This document shows positions 1 to 12,414 of a DNA stretch of 64,000 nucleotides, in pieces. The notes under the pieces were generated by a model. The model saw only the letters and a list, made by a program, of their open reading frames with translations, was not told the DNA's origin and did no database searches. Within the stretch, counting starts at the first letter, position 1. Each line of letters opens with the position of its first letter. Origin of the DNA: Paramecium tetraurelia (taxonomy: Eukaryota); assembly GCA_000165425.1 (NCBI GenBank), contig CT868074.1, positions 186,001 to 250,000 of the forward strand, written 5' to 3'. A program made the translations under genes and the position numbers.

Positions 1-1211
1 GGTAGTCAAGGACAGTCTTAATGCAAGGGTATTGATCAATTTTTGAATCTAGGCTGCTGAAATTTTGAATGAACAGTTAGATGACGTTAAAGAGATGAAC
101 AAGATGGTTATGTATGCCAAGTGTGTTACAATCAGAGACAAACAACTCTAAGAAAAACAGTAATTGAAGGAAGAATTCAAAAATTAAGAGAAACGAAAAG
201 ATCTTATGATGGAAATTGAAAGACTTAAATCAGTTAAATATTATGAAGAAAAAGATGTCGTTCATAAATAAGAATTGAAAGAAGGTCATGGCATTATTGT
301 AGAACAAATTAAAGAGAGAGAGTTGATTAGACTCAAGGAAAAAGAGGAATAGGAGAGAGAAGGCTAAGTGATGATCAAGCAAATCAAATAAGTTCAAATT
401 GAAGATCAACAAAAAAATCTATAAAGGAAACATATGTAGAAGAAGTTACAGGATGAAATTTTAGAAGCCAATTCAAAAGCCATTGTTGTTAAAGAAAAGA
501 GAAGATTGGAAGAGAAGGAAGAAGAAGAAAAAATTGCCAAATACAATCTAGAAAAGGCATAGAAAGATGCAGAAATCATAGAGGAATAGAGGAGAATCAA
601 AGAAGAAAAAGAAAGAGATGTTTAAAGATTAAGAGAAATGCAAGAGAAAGCCTAAGATAGATAAGCTGAATTGGATTTATTAAGAGCCAAAAGAGCCATG
701 GAATAAAATGAAAGAGCTGCCAGAGAAAAAGAAAGAAAAGAAGCAGAACTCAGATAAAAATTAAACTCAGAATTATATTAAGCAAGAAAAGTTCAATAGA
801 ATGAAAAATAAGAAAAGTTAGAAGAATAAGTACTTAAACATATTATTCTATCTAGGCTAGACTAGAAAGGGATGAATTCCAAAGGGTTATTCAAAAGCAA
901 AAGCAAGAGCGTGAAAATGAACTTAGATTATAGTAAGAGAAAGAACATTTGGTTAAAAAACATGCTGAAGAGTTGAGAAAATAGATCTCTATGAATGAAG
1001 AAAAAAGAAAGTAAGAGGAAAGAGATAAGTATCTTATTGATATCAATTTCATAGACTTGAAGAAGGAAAAAAGATTAGAGATAAAATGATTAATGAGAAG
1101 AAATTATTAGAGAATATCAAGGATTAGAAATTGAAAGGACTCAATGATAATACAATACCTGATAAATATAAGGCTGAATTAGCAAAGAAGAAAATCAATA
1201 TCCAAATATGA
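1..1211 (+). CDS. CFAP45: Cilia/flagella-associated protein 45 (CCDC19, trichoplein-type coiled coil); 5' end lies outside the window
   Basis: Table-6 translation gives ILNEQLDDVKEMNKMVMYAKCVTIRDKQL...EMQEKAQDRQAELDLLRAKRAME...LEEGKKIR...IPDKYKAEL, typical CFAP45 motifs. Tiny introns at about 29-52, 830-855 and 1029-1053; TGA at 1209-1211. Confidence 0.85.
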
Positions 1212-1268
1212 TTCATCACAGATGCACATAAAAACTATATATTAATCCATTAATATATTTATTTTAAA

Positions 1269-2069
1269 TCAATTGATTTTGAATGATTTGTGTATTGTTA
1301 AGGCTTTAGCAAAATCGGTTCCATCTAGTTCTGCTATTTTTTATTTGATCTATTCCTACTTAAGTCTCTATTTGAAAATGGCATTATAATTAGTTTTGTA
1401 TGCACTATTTACGTTAAATCAAATGAATTACTTGATGTCTGTTCCTGCCTTATCTACTCTGATAGGGTTTGAAAGTTTCCAGTCTGGCTTATATTCATAT
1501 TTTACTCTAAATAATGACAATAAAATAACTTCATTTCTGTTTTTGGCACTAATTATGCTTTAAATCTGCTGAAGAGAGCTCTTAAACAGTTCAAAACTAA
1601 TTCTTAAAATTCTAATTCATCATTCATTTCAATCCAATTATCTAAAAACAATTTTGCTAAATCATTGAGTGGTTAAGCAAATTCAAGTTCTGAGCATTTC
1701 TTGAATTTGAACACATTATTTTATGGCTTTAATAATTTTTGTAAGTATCCGAATTCTGTTCCATAAGTTGTAGAAGTTTAATTTTTCCTATGCATTTCTT
1801 CTGCTTTCTTAAAACTGTTAAATAATCATTCAAAATTATTACTCTAACTCCTATTGATCAGTAAGTTCTTGCAATTGAACTGTGGGAGGCTTAGCTCTAT
1901 TATATAAGGAGAAATTAAACCTAAATAGTTTTCTTCCTTTATGTTTATAAATCGCACCGATCAATTAAAGTCCTCTGGCTTCCTTTTCACTTGCAATGTA
2001 TATCCAATCTCTATAGTAATTCAAGTATTCAGGTTTGATGATATTTGTTAGAATTGCAAACGGTTCCAT
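1269..2069 (-). CDS. Hypothetical protein
   Basis: MEPFAILTNIIKPEYLNYYRDWIYIASEKEARGLQLIGAIYKHKGRKLF..., open in table 6 after removing tiny GT-AG introns; ends in TGA. No family recognised. Confidence 0.6.
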
Positions 2070-2295
2070 TCTGAATGTTGTATAAAATATTAAATAATTA
2101 ATTATTATTATTCCACTCGAATGATATATTTATATAATCAGAACTAAATATATCAGCTCTACAATTTGATTTTAATTGAATTATCCACTCTAACAGTTTT
2201 ATAAATTCATTTCCTTTAGAATAGCATAATCAGAATTGTGATAGAGTAATAAAAGATGTGTTTTATAATAAAAATGCAATCTCGTAATATATAAG

Positions 2296-2916
2296 TCATT
2301 ATTGGAAAAAGAAATCATGAGGCAATCCTTTAGTATTTGTAATAAATGTGATTTTTGGTTTAATCCTCTGAGTTTTTTTAGCTGGTTCATTATTTACTGA
2401 TAGCATTTCTTTTAATTCCATTGTATTTAAGAGCAATAAATCTAAAATGTTTTCATCATATATCTATTCATTCTTAAATTAGGATTAAGTTTTGATGTTT
2501 TAATTTTTATTTTCTAGTTAGCAATTATTAATGTTATTAATTTGTTTGCTTAAATCAAAATGATTAATCTTCTTAGATCTTGCACTTTTAATTTAAGTAA
2601 ATTTGCCAAATTTAGTGCCATTCTATCATATATTGACATTTATTACATTTAATTAAAAAGGTTCAAAATCCAGAGATCCTTGTTTATGATGACATAGTTT
2701 TAATTTTGTGAGATTTTTGCTTGTGACATTTTAATCAATAGTTTTCCTTGTAGACATTAAAGGAGTTCTTTAGTCTTGTTCGGTTATTTTCAATAACTTG
2801 ATGTTATCTGAATTTTATCTACAATGCTGTATAGGCAATGTTTGAACCTGATTTGTTAATATTTCATGAATTTTTTAACGACTTAAATATCGTGGCTTCT
2901 CTTTGATAGAGGTCAT
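2296..2916 (-). CDS. Hypothetical protein
   Basis: MTSIKEKPRYLSRQ...NILDLLLLNTMELKEM...RIKPKITFITNTKGLPHDFFFQQ*, with one 22-nt intron. Confidence 0.6.
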
Positions 2917-3066
2917 AAGTCAAATAAAAATTAAATTATCAACTTAAAATACATTTATCAAATTATAAAGAATAAGTTGATATACAATCAATATTTGATT
3001 AAATTATTTATATATAAGACAATTATTTATAAAATAAATATTCATTTCAATAAAATAAAGCCAAGA

Positions 3067-3762
3067 ATGTAAGGTTGCTCGATTAATATACTTGAATCAG
3101 ATTAAATAATAAACGACAGAAATTATAATCATAATAATTAAAATGCTCCAATTAAAATAAAATAAAATTAGATTTCTAAACAATAAATAGAGATCATAAA
3201 TTATACTCCTAGAAGTGAAATTAAAAAAACTTCGCGTAAAATAGCATAATTTCTAAGATTCAAAGCATAAAAAGTAGAATAAAAAATACTATATAAGAAG
3301 AATATCAACAAATTAATATTTAACTTTTAGGGTATAGAGATATCAAACCTTCTTTATAACTAATAGCTGTAATTATAATTATTTTATTTTGGAGGTGGAG
3401 ATTTTGAGCATTTTATGATCATAAAAGAATCCATTACTTAATAAGAATACTATTGCTTTTAAATGAACCAAATGCAGAGAATGATTAGAAGAGGCATATT
3501 TCAACTTGTCTTAAGTATTAAGAGTGTCATGATCAGAAGAAAGCATTGAATTAATAAAAAATCGATTCCTTTTCAGCAAAATATATAATGGAATGTCAGT
3601 TACAAAATCCTCCCATTATTCCTATCATACTAATAAATTGAGTTTTTTTCATTTAAATGACTCTACATTATCAAAGGTAATATAATTATGACTATTTTAA
3701 AGTATTCATTGTTAATCATTTGTAGTCGAGAGCAGATAATATATTTTGAAGGAGTAGTCTGA
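3067..3762 (+). CDS. Putative hypothetical protein (boundaries uncertain)
   Basis: Coding-like reading MQGCSINILESDQ... with candidate tiny introns; the 3' frame is ambiguous. Confidence 0.35.
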
Positions 3763-3893
3763 ATAATGCTGATACTTATTAAATTAGAAATGTTTGGCCA
3801 TTTATTTGATATTATAAACAGTATATTGACTTCAAATTGTTTTGATGGCAATTTAGATTTCTAATTGAACTGTATTTTACAAATTTAATTATA

Positions 3894-5652
3894 ATGAATC
3901 TAAATATCCCTTAACTTAAAGGAAACTTTGGAAATATGAAGCCTTTAAATCCTCTTGATCAATTTGCTAAGGAAACAGAGGAGGATGCAAGTGAAATAGA
4001 TAGGTTATAAAAAAGACTAAATGAATAGTAGTAGTAGGTGGAAGCATTAATGAAAGTTGTTTCAAACTCACAATAATAAATATATTTATCTCAAGATAGA
4101 TATAAACACACAATAGAAAGTGAGCGAGTAAATAGTTAATTGCTTGATGAAATAAAGCATCTAAAGAAGCAACTTAAATAAATTGAAAGTGGTCCCAGAC
4201 TACCTCAAGCCCCTTTCCTGCCTCCATTTTTGCCTCAATAGTAATATCCCTTCAGTTATCATTAACCATATAATTAAATGGGTATGCCCTACCCATTGCC
4301 GAATCAAAATCCTTACTATCAATATTATCCATTTCAAAACGTTCCTTTCCAACAACCTTAGAAGGAAGATAGAAGTTTTAGTAAAATATTGAAAGGCCTT
4401 GCTAAGAAAAAGGAAGAGGAACAATTAAATCAGATAATGTTGCAATTGTTAAAAAATTAATCGAATGATCCAGATAATGAACATTACTAAAAACAGAAAT
4501 CTAGAAGGAATGTAAAACTCAAACACAGATCTTAAGAGGATGCTTCTGATTTTCTGTATAGTAAAAGTTCTAGATATGAGGAGGAATCACCAGAACAGAT
4601 GAAAAAGAAGAATACAAAGAAATAGACAATTAAACCTTAAGAATAGTAGCAATCATTGCTAAATTAGACTTCAAAGGTTAAACTTCAACCTATTAAAGTA
4701 AGGCCTACTCCAGAAAGATTAAGATTATTAAGGAAAAAGTTTAAATACTGCGCTTGGATGGTTATATTTTATAAAAATAAATATTATTAAATTTTGGAGA
4801 AAAAGGCAATCAAAAGATTTAATGATGAAGTAGGTCTATACGATGATTAATTTGTAATTAGCTATTGATTATATTAGTTATACACCAATGCCATAGCAAT
4901 GTTTGTTAAGGAAGGTCAAAAGATTTCCATATTCAAAAAATCTTGGGTTTTCACAGAAAAAAAAGATGTCCCTACTCGTATAACTAATTTAATCTAAGCA
5001 GCAGAGACCTTTGTTAAACAATTAATCATTATAACCCAAAATATTAAATTTGATCAAAAGCATTTGTCATACATTAAAGGATTCACTACAGATGGAGGTT
5101 ATTTATTTCCAGCACATTCAGCTTTTGTGACCCAGAGATTAAAATTAGATTACAAAAGAAAATTAAAGTATTATACTATTTTATATTTTAGATCTACTTC
5201 TGCTGAACAATAAAAAATGGCCTTTTTGGAATATGCTTATATACAATTACTTTTATATGAACAAATGTTCTCAATAAGTGGTTGGTAAGATTTGCTTAAG
5301 CCATTCGCAGAACCCTTAAAACTATTAGTTTCTCTTCTATAATATTTGTTTGTAGACAGATTCAAGAATCTGCAAATCCTTTCAAAAAACATGAAATTTA
5401 ATGTACACAATTTTTTATTACTAAAATCAGGTTGACCAAGTTCCATATTTGGATTTCACTAAGCGTAATGTGGCTGATGTCAAATAAGCAATAAATCAAA
5501 GTGATCCAAAATTTTAGGTTACTGATAAATACCCAATACTTGGATTATATGATGAGACTGTGTTGAAACCGGTGATTGATAATCCTGCATTTGCAAACCT
5601 TTAAAACCAATTTAAAGCTTTTGTTGATTTTATACACTCCAAAACTCAGTGA
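3894..5652 (+). CDS. Hypothetical protein with coiled coil and P/Q/Y-rich segment
   Basis: MNLNIPQLKGNFGNMKPLNPLDQFAKETEEDASEIDRLQKRL...PQAPFLPPFLPQQQYPFSYHQPY..., with several tiny introns; TGA at 5650-5652. Confidence 0.7.
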
Positions 5653-5697
5653 CATGATAAATAAGTACTTGACAATTAATTTATAAAATAATAATCG

Positions 5698-6100
5698 ATG
5701 AATATAGGATAAATATATTCTTTCATTTCCTAATAGGTTATGTTTGTATGGCTATTGGTGTTCATTACTCCACTTTACATATTTATGGCCAGCATTCTGG
5801 CTAAAGGAATTCACATCTTATACAACATGGCAACAAACAAACAATCATTAATTAACAATTATTTGGGTGATATAACTTGGCTTTTCCCATTCAAAGTACA
5901 CTTACTCCATTAATTATCAATAGTAAAATGAGCAAGAATTCAAATTGATTCATACTTTGTTCCTTGCAGTATTGATTGCAGTTGCTTCTCTAATTGTCCT
6001 TGGTGGTTTAATGCTGCTTAACTTTATGGAGTAGTCCAAATAGTACGAAGAAAATAGAGAAGATAAATAATAAAAGAAAATGAAAGCAGAAAGCAAATGA
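5698..6100 (+). CDS. Small two-TM membrane protein
   Basis: Hydrophobic segments VMFVWLLVFITPLYIFMASILA and LFLAVLIAVASLIVLGGLMLL; one 28-nt intron; charged C-terminal tail. Confidence 0.6.
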
Positions 6101-6192
6101 ATAAATTTTGTGTATTTGAAATTTGATTGTTTTTCACAACATTAGTAATTTATATAAAACTTAATATTAACATTTTTGTCTGTATATATAAA

Positions 6193-7659
6193 TCAATTCC
6201 CTTGAAGCATTTCCTCTTGCATTTACTTTTTTATTCTTTCTTATTCCAATTGATCCAATCTTTATTGTTCTTCTCTATCCCTAAGGATATCTTCATTAAG
6301 ATCTGTAAATTATCTTTTCGCCCACTTCTCCCTTGATAGATATTCACATTCAACAGTTTTATCACCGTACATTCTACCTGCCAAATATCTTCTGGCAGTT
6401 CTAGCTTCTTAGGTCTTCTCATATTCCACAAAGATTTTGCCCACTCCTACAATTATTTTACCAAATTCAGGTCTTGGAATGATCACATTTTTCACAGTTC
6501 CAAATTTAGAGCATTCTTCTCTTATGTCTTCCATTATATCATTAAATTCTTCATCTATCGTAACCTATATATTTGTATAAATATTAAACATCTTCAAGAG
6601 TAAGGACATTTTTGATAACTAAAATATTAGTAGGTATTTACACATATCTGGCCATCAACTTAAGTGGTCTGAAACTAATAAGTGAAGATGGATCCTTATC
6701 ATTTCCTTTCATGCTACTCAAAGGATTAACTTAACTTCACAATACATAATTACATGCTTATTCACTCATCATTTATTAGTTTACAGCTGCTAAAGAAGTC
6801 AAAAATGACTTTGGTCTACCAATTTTCAATTGATGCCCTTTAAAAATCACATCCTTCAATATAAAACCTTGTGTTGCTTCTTCAGGAGATCTGAACTCAA
6901 TAAAACCAAAATGTCCTAAATAAATTAATCTCAAAATCTAACCATTCGAATCTATCCAGCAATTGCAAATAGAACCTGCATGTTCAGAACTTACTCCCAT
7001 CTTTAATAACGTCTAATTCAAGAAATCTTAAAGCTAATTTAATATATCCATAACCATTTCTACCTCTTTTGGTTGACTATTTGGTGGCAAATTTCCAACA
7101 TAGAGTTTTCTATCAGCCTTTACATCTGCCTAAGCTCTCAATTATTGTAATCTTTGCATCTAAATTAATGGTGTCATTGCTTAAAGAGCTTCCAATGAAG
7201 CCAATGGATTCTAAAGAGGATTCGCAGGAAGTATGGCTTAATTCATAACAACTTAGTACTCTCAAACTCTCCCAAAGACACTTGATCTATTAGTTTGCTC
7301 TTAAAATTTGAAAAAGGAGTGTTCTATAATGGATCCTTAGGTGGAGAATCGAAACGAAATCTTCCAATATATTTGATTCAAAATTACCCCCTTGATTATT
7401 CTGCATTTGCTTTAGTTGGTGCCTTAGGTTTTTAAAATTCCTCCCTCTTTTTATCTTTCTCCTTGCTCACATTTCTTGATCTCTTTTTGCCAGCATCTGA
7501 TTCCTATTTTCATTAATTAAGATGCAATTACTTTCTTTTCCTTTTTTTCCTTCTTCTCTTTCTTTTCTTTTTTCTCTTTCTTTTCCTTCTTCTCCTTCTT
7601 CTCTTTCTTTTCCTTCTTGTGTCTTATATGAAAACAATTATTTACTTTTCAGAACCCAT
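6193..7659 (-). CDS. U2AF large-subunit-like splicing factor (one RRM + UHM)
   Basis: RFDSPP (ULM-like); RKLYVGNLPP and FGFIEFRS (RRM); ILVIKNV...DIMEDIREECSKFGTVKNVIIPRP...GVGKIFVEY...LAGRMYGDKTV (UHM). Multiple tiny introns. Confidence 0.8.
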
Positions 7660-7685
7660 TTAATAAAAATTAAATAATAAAAATA

Positions 7686-10088
7686 TCAATCAACTAAATC
7701 CTCAACTAAATTAATCTTGATTGGCTTCAATTTCACCAAGAATACCTTCCACATTGAATAGTCGATCTTTATTTCCAATTCAGAAAACGTTTCCTCCTTT
7801 ATTTTCTTGTCATACAACTTTTCCACATCCCGCTTTACCAATTTAGCAATCCTATTTGATTTTGTCACTTCAATCTTACTAGAATAAATTGGAATATCTT
7901 ATATTTGATTTAACCCTAAGTCCTCTGGATATAAAATTACGATTCCATCAACAACGATCACTACTACTTCCACTTATGCATGCCAGTGTTTTTTGTCAGT
8001 TTTTCTTGATAACATGTAAGGATTATTTTCTTTGAAATAAGTCTATAGGTTGCTTTTTTTAAATAATTAGGTTTCTAATTATTGATACATTAAATTAACA
8101 TTGGAATCTTTTGGGTATTACTTTAAAATGATCTCAAGACCATCCAAAATGAAATTATCTATATCATCCCAATTCGGATTTTAAATAAACAATCCATATT
8201 CCCGATTATATTTTTTATTTGTTTTATTTTACAATTATTATGGCTTTCTCGTTAAACAAATTTAAACTTTCTCCTCAACTACATTAATTATATTCCTGGC
8301 TTGATCCAAAAAGTGTGTTTGAGAGATATTTCCTACAGAGTCTTTGTATAAGGATAAACTCTCTATCAATTACTCATTATTGAATGAAAAGGCTGCTTTG
8401 AAATCCTACTCCACTATCTCGCTATAAAGATCATTAGTCTCCTTTGATTCTGGGATGTAATGACAACCAATTTAATAATCAGATGGAAGATTTTTAAGTC
8501 TCTGATTCTCAAATTCTTTTAATTACTTTATTATTTGATTTACTTGATCTCTATGATCCAACACAGACAATAAGCAAAACATAATAAATTTGAAAGAGAA
8601 TGGAAATCTAAATTGATTTTCTGATAAATAGCCATGTGAGCATTCTGGATATAGAGCAATACTTCTAATCTCATATGGCAGTTTCTTTAATGAGTCATGA
8701 GTTTATTTCAATTATTTAAGAGAACATACTTGATCAAACAAATAAAGTTGATGATTATCATTAACCTGATCAATTTTACTTACTATTTTAACTCCTTCAT
8801 AAGTTGCCATTATCGTTTAACAGATCTTACCATAACCCATTCCATTGATACCGACTGGAATCAAAACTGCAATAGTAGTTTTGGTTTACAAACACTAGGC
8901 AAGAGTGTATTGATAATCTTATCTTTTTGGTATTCTAGTTATCCTTTTATGAACACAGTTGAAAACAGTAGTAGACAAATTAATGAAACTATAGTCAACT
9001 CTTGCATTAAAGGGAATACTAAACATCAGCTTTATGCATTTAAAATAAAACTTGTATTCTTATTAATTTAAATTATATTATGAGAGAAATTTTGGAGGGT
9101 TATCCTCAAAAAAGTTTGAATTCTAATTGTTTACGTAGATTTTGATTTATCTTAAAACTTCGAAATGTTTGGAAGGAATGTAACAATTCCCTAAGTATTT
9201 ATCATCTTTCCAAAAATAAATAGTTTTTCCTTTAAAATAATCATGGTATTAATCTATGAGTTCGTTATAAATTGAGTCATATATTTATGGGAAATTCTTT
9301 AGAGTGGTTTGTTGTTCATAAGATTTAGCAGTTTCCAAATTGTAGTGATTCAAAAAATTGTTAACTACATATGGTGGTAACATCCTTTAAGAATTGTAAT
9401 GTTCCATTATTGAATACCATTCAATAATATTTTATTTGTTTCTACATCCAACTAGACTTCTATGTATTAGATCATTGGCAAAATTGATCTGCTGATTATG
9501 ATTCATTTTATGATAAGCATCAAAGAATGATATAGCTACTTTACAAGCCCTTTCGAACCCTTTTATTTAATTGTACTTAGAAACATCATTCCTGTCCTCA
9601 CATATAATTGTTTATCCACTGGATGAAATAATAAATGATTTTAAGATGTCACAATAACTTACACTAGCTGTAAAAGAATTGTGTCTGATCTCTTGGACAA
9701 TGAAAGTGTTATCTAATTTTCTGACTATGAATTTATAAACATCGTCTTGACTTTTTAAATTATGCTCATTCAATGTCGGCGCTAATGGAGATCCCATGGT
9801 AGCTATAATATAATGAAGGTTTACCAATTTAGGTGTCTACTACCCCTTTATTGATAATTTGGAGGAATGAGTTTTCAGTCAACAGATGATCTTAAAAAAA
9901 GGAATTTTTAAGTAATGCTGAATTGTTCATATTGGATTCGTTAGCATGCACTTCAAGTATATAGGTTGAAACTTTTTAGAATTCGTTCTTAATCGATAGT
10001 ATTTCTAGGTCTCTTTGCTTCTCAAACTCTTATAGTCTGATATATAGATTCAATTGAATTACAAGGCATAAGCGCTTAATTATTACAT
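7686..10088 (-). CDS. Trl1-like RNA ligase/kinase/2H-phosphodiesterase tri-domain protein, catalytic motifs apparently degenerate
   Basis: One continuous ~780-aa frame after two tiny introns. Ligase-like segment (TASVSY...FIISS...RSLVG...MLPP...KGKTIYF...LGNCYI), P-loop-like VLIPVGINGMGYGK, and a 2H-like C-terminus (YGLFI...VEVVVIV...IPIYS...KSN). The family call is by eye. Confidence 0.5.
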
Positions 10089-10098
10089 TATTATTATA

Positions 10099-12242
10099 AT
10101 GTAAGAATAACAAATAGTGGTGGGAATGAGTTTAGAAGACTAAAAACGATTAGATGATTTGTTTAATCAAGTTATTTGTAAGGCTGAAAGCAATAACATG
10201 AAATTTCATGAGTTTATGACATTCCTTTTGGAAAGAGAATTGATAACTGCAAAGTTCAACTTTACTTTCTACTTGAATTTATACTAAGAATACTTCGCTT
10301 TAGAAGAGATAGTCTAAAAAGTTACTCAAGCCCCAAAGAAAGGAACAAAAGAGCCCATAAATATCATCAAGGATGATACACCTAAATTTAGCAGAACTAA
10401 ATTCTTGAGGATCGTAGATGCACTAGGAAAGGCTCTACATCAAGGATAAAAGAAATATTTAGATCTGATCCTTAAAGATATATTCATTGATAATAAAAAG
10501 AAAACATAAATCAGAATGTTGATACTTGATGATCCAAATCGGAAGTTACTTCACGAATAGGTTATTAAGACCATAATTGCATATGAAGAAGATATTTAAG
10601 CATTGTTTACTATGTATTTACCAGAAAACTATTATAAAAATGAACTCATGCTTACTTGGAAAGAAATTAAATTAATGAATCTCAAAATTCCTATATTCTC
10701 ATTTATTCAGATGCTATAAGATATGAATATTCATCCTGTTCATTATAATTATGAAAATATTGAAGATGTATGTATGAGAATAATACCTGCAATCACTCCT
10801 AAAGAGAACTAATTTTATTAATCCAATGTTATTTAACAATTATGTGAAATGATAAATAGTGGAAAATTCAAACCATAACATTATTCTGGAGATCCTAAAA
10901 TTTCTTATTTGGAATTTCAATTCTTATTATGTAAAATGGGTGCTGAAATAACTAACAGAGAAGTTTAATAGGATTCAAAGAAGGAGATTTCTCCATTGAT
11001 TATAAAGTTCTTTACCAAAATGATTGATTTGTAATAAAATGGTAATAGAATTCATGAAGATAAAACAAAACATTTGGCTTTAATTAAAAAATATTATGAA
11101 ATGCTAGATAAAACCGATGATATCCTTTAAGAATAAGGCAATCCTTAATCTGAAGAATAAGATATGAAATAATAGAATTACTTGTTTCTTACTCGTAAAC
11201 CAGATCAATTGGATATTAAAGAAATTTGGCAATTTTTTTAGTAAGACTTACCACCCTTCCCTGAATTAAAGTCATAGGTTGATTTGGCATAAGACTTTGT
11301 GAAATCAATTAAGGAAAAGGAAAAGAGAGAAGAATTGGCAAGAAAATTGGAGGAAGACAAAAAAAATAAAAATAAGCCTTAACCCAAATAGTAACTGAAA
11401 AAAGGAGAATAACCAATGAAATATTGTATTGAATAATTATTAAAACATTAGAATGGGAACCTTTAGTATAACCACCTAGAATATGTACCTATTAATACTT
11501 TATTGATTTTGTGAAAAAAACCAAGTAAACAAATCCCCTTAGAGACTTAAATGAATTAAGCACTTTAAGTCATATAACAGTTGCTCCAGTTATGTTACCA
11601 GAATGTCTGTATCCACATGATCCGCCTTAGTTGGTTAGAACAATGATAGAAGCTTCGTTGATGTCGTTTACATAATAAAATTATTTCTTAGCAATGCAAA
11701 ATTTGAATTCAGCCTAAGAATTATGGTAGTCTCTAACTGAATTGCATGATGCAGAGATGGTATTTTTCGAGTACTTTGGTGGTTAAATATATGAGATAGC
11801 TGGATAGGATGAAGCAGCATTAAATAAATTTCTAAGAGTAAAATTCCACGCTGATAAATTATAAGCAGATCATCCAGATAAAGCCTTGTATAAATAATTC
11901 ATTTAATCTTAGACCTTATTGTGGCATTGGTTCAGTATTGTACCATATGCAAGAATATGAATTGGGCAGTAAGAGCATTTATGAAAGCAAGAATGATAAG
12001 AGAAAGCTCAATAGGTGATGAGAATATAGAGAATGCCATAACATTAAACAATTTAGGATGTGCTTTGCATTAGAATGGCAATTTATTTGCTGCTGAGAAT
12101 TGTTACATGTTTGCTATTACTATATTAGACATCCATTTAGGAACAATGCATGCAATGACAATGAATGTAAATGTGAATTTTTACATTGTAGGTAAAACGC
12201 AATCTACAAAAGCTAAAAGCAAATAAATATTGTAAATAATGA
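10099..12242 (+). CDS. TPR-repeat protein (one apparent +1 frameshift at 11964-11966)
   Basis: Long open frame from MQEQQIVVGMSLED...; C-terminal TPRs DHPDKAL..GIGSVLYHMQEYELAVRAF and NAITLNNLGCALHQNG. Confidence 0.7.
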
Positions 12243-12414
12243 AAAAAAGAATACTTTTGAACATATATCATAAATTAAATTTATTATAATAATTTTTCTC
12301 GATTACTTTGAGATGACTTAATCTTAAGAGTTGATTAAGAATAAAATAGATTCAATTTACTTATATAAATAAATTTAAACTATATATTTGAGTATTTACA
12401 ATAGTATTTAAATG

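Noticed and set aside
8880..9007. Apparent signal-peptide gene MQELTIVSLICLLLF... with a frameshift
   Set aside because: It is an alternative frame; the true frame runs uninterrupted through this region from the upstream exon of the 7686-10088 gene.
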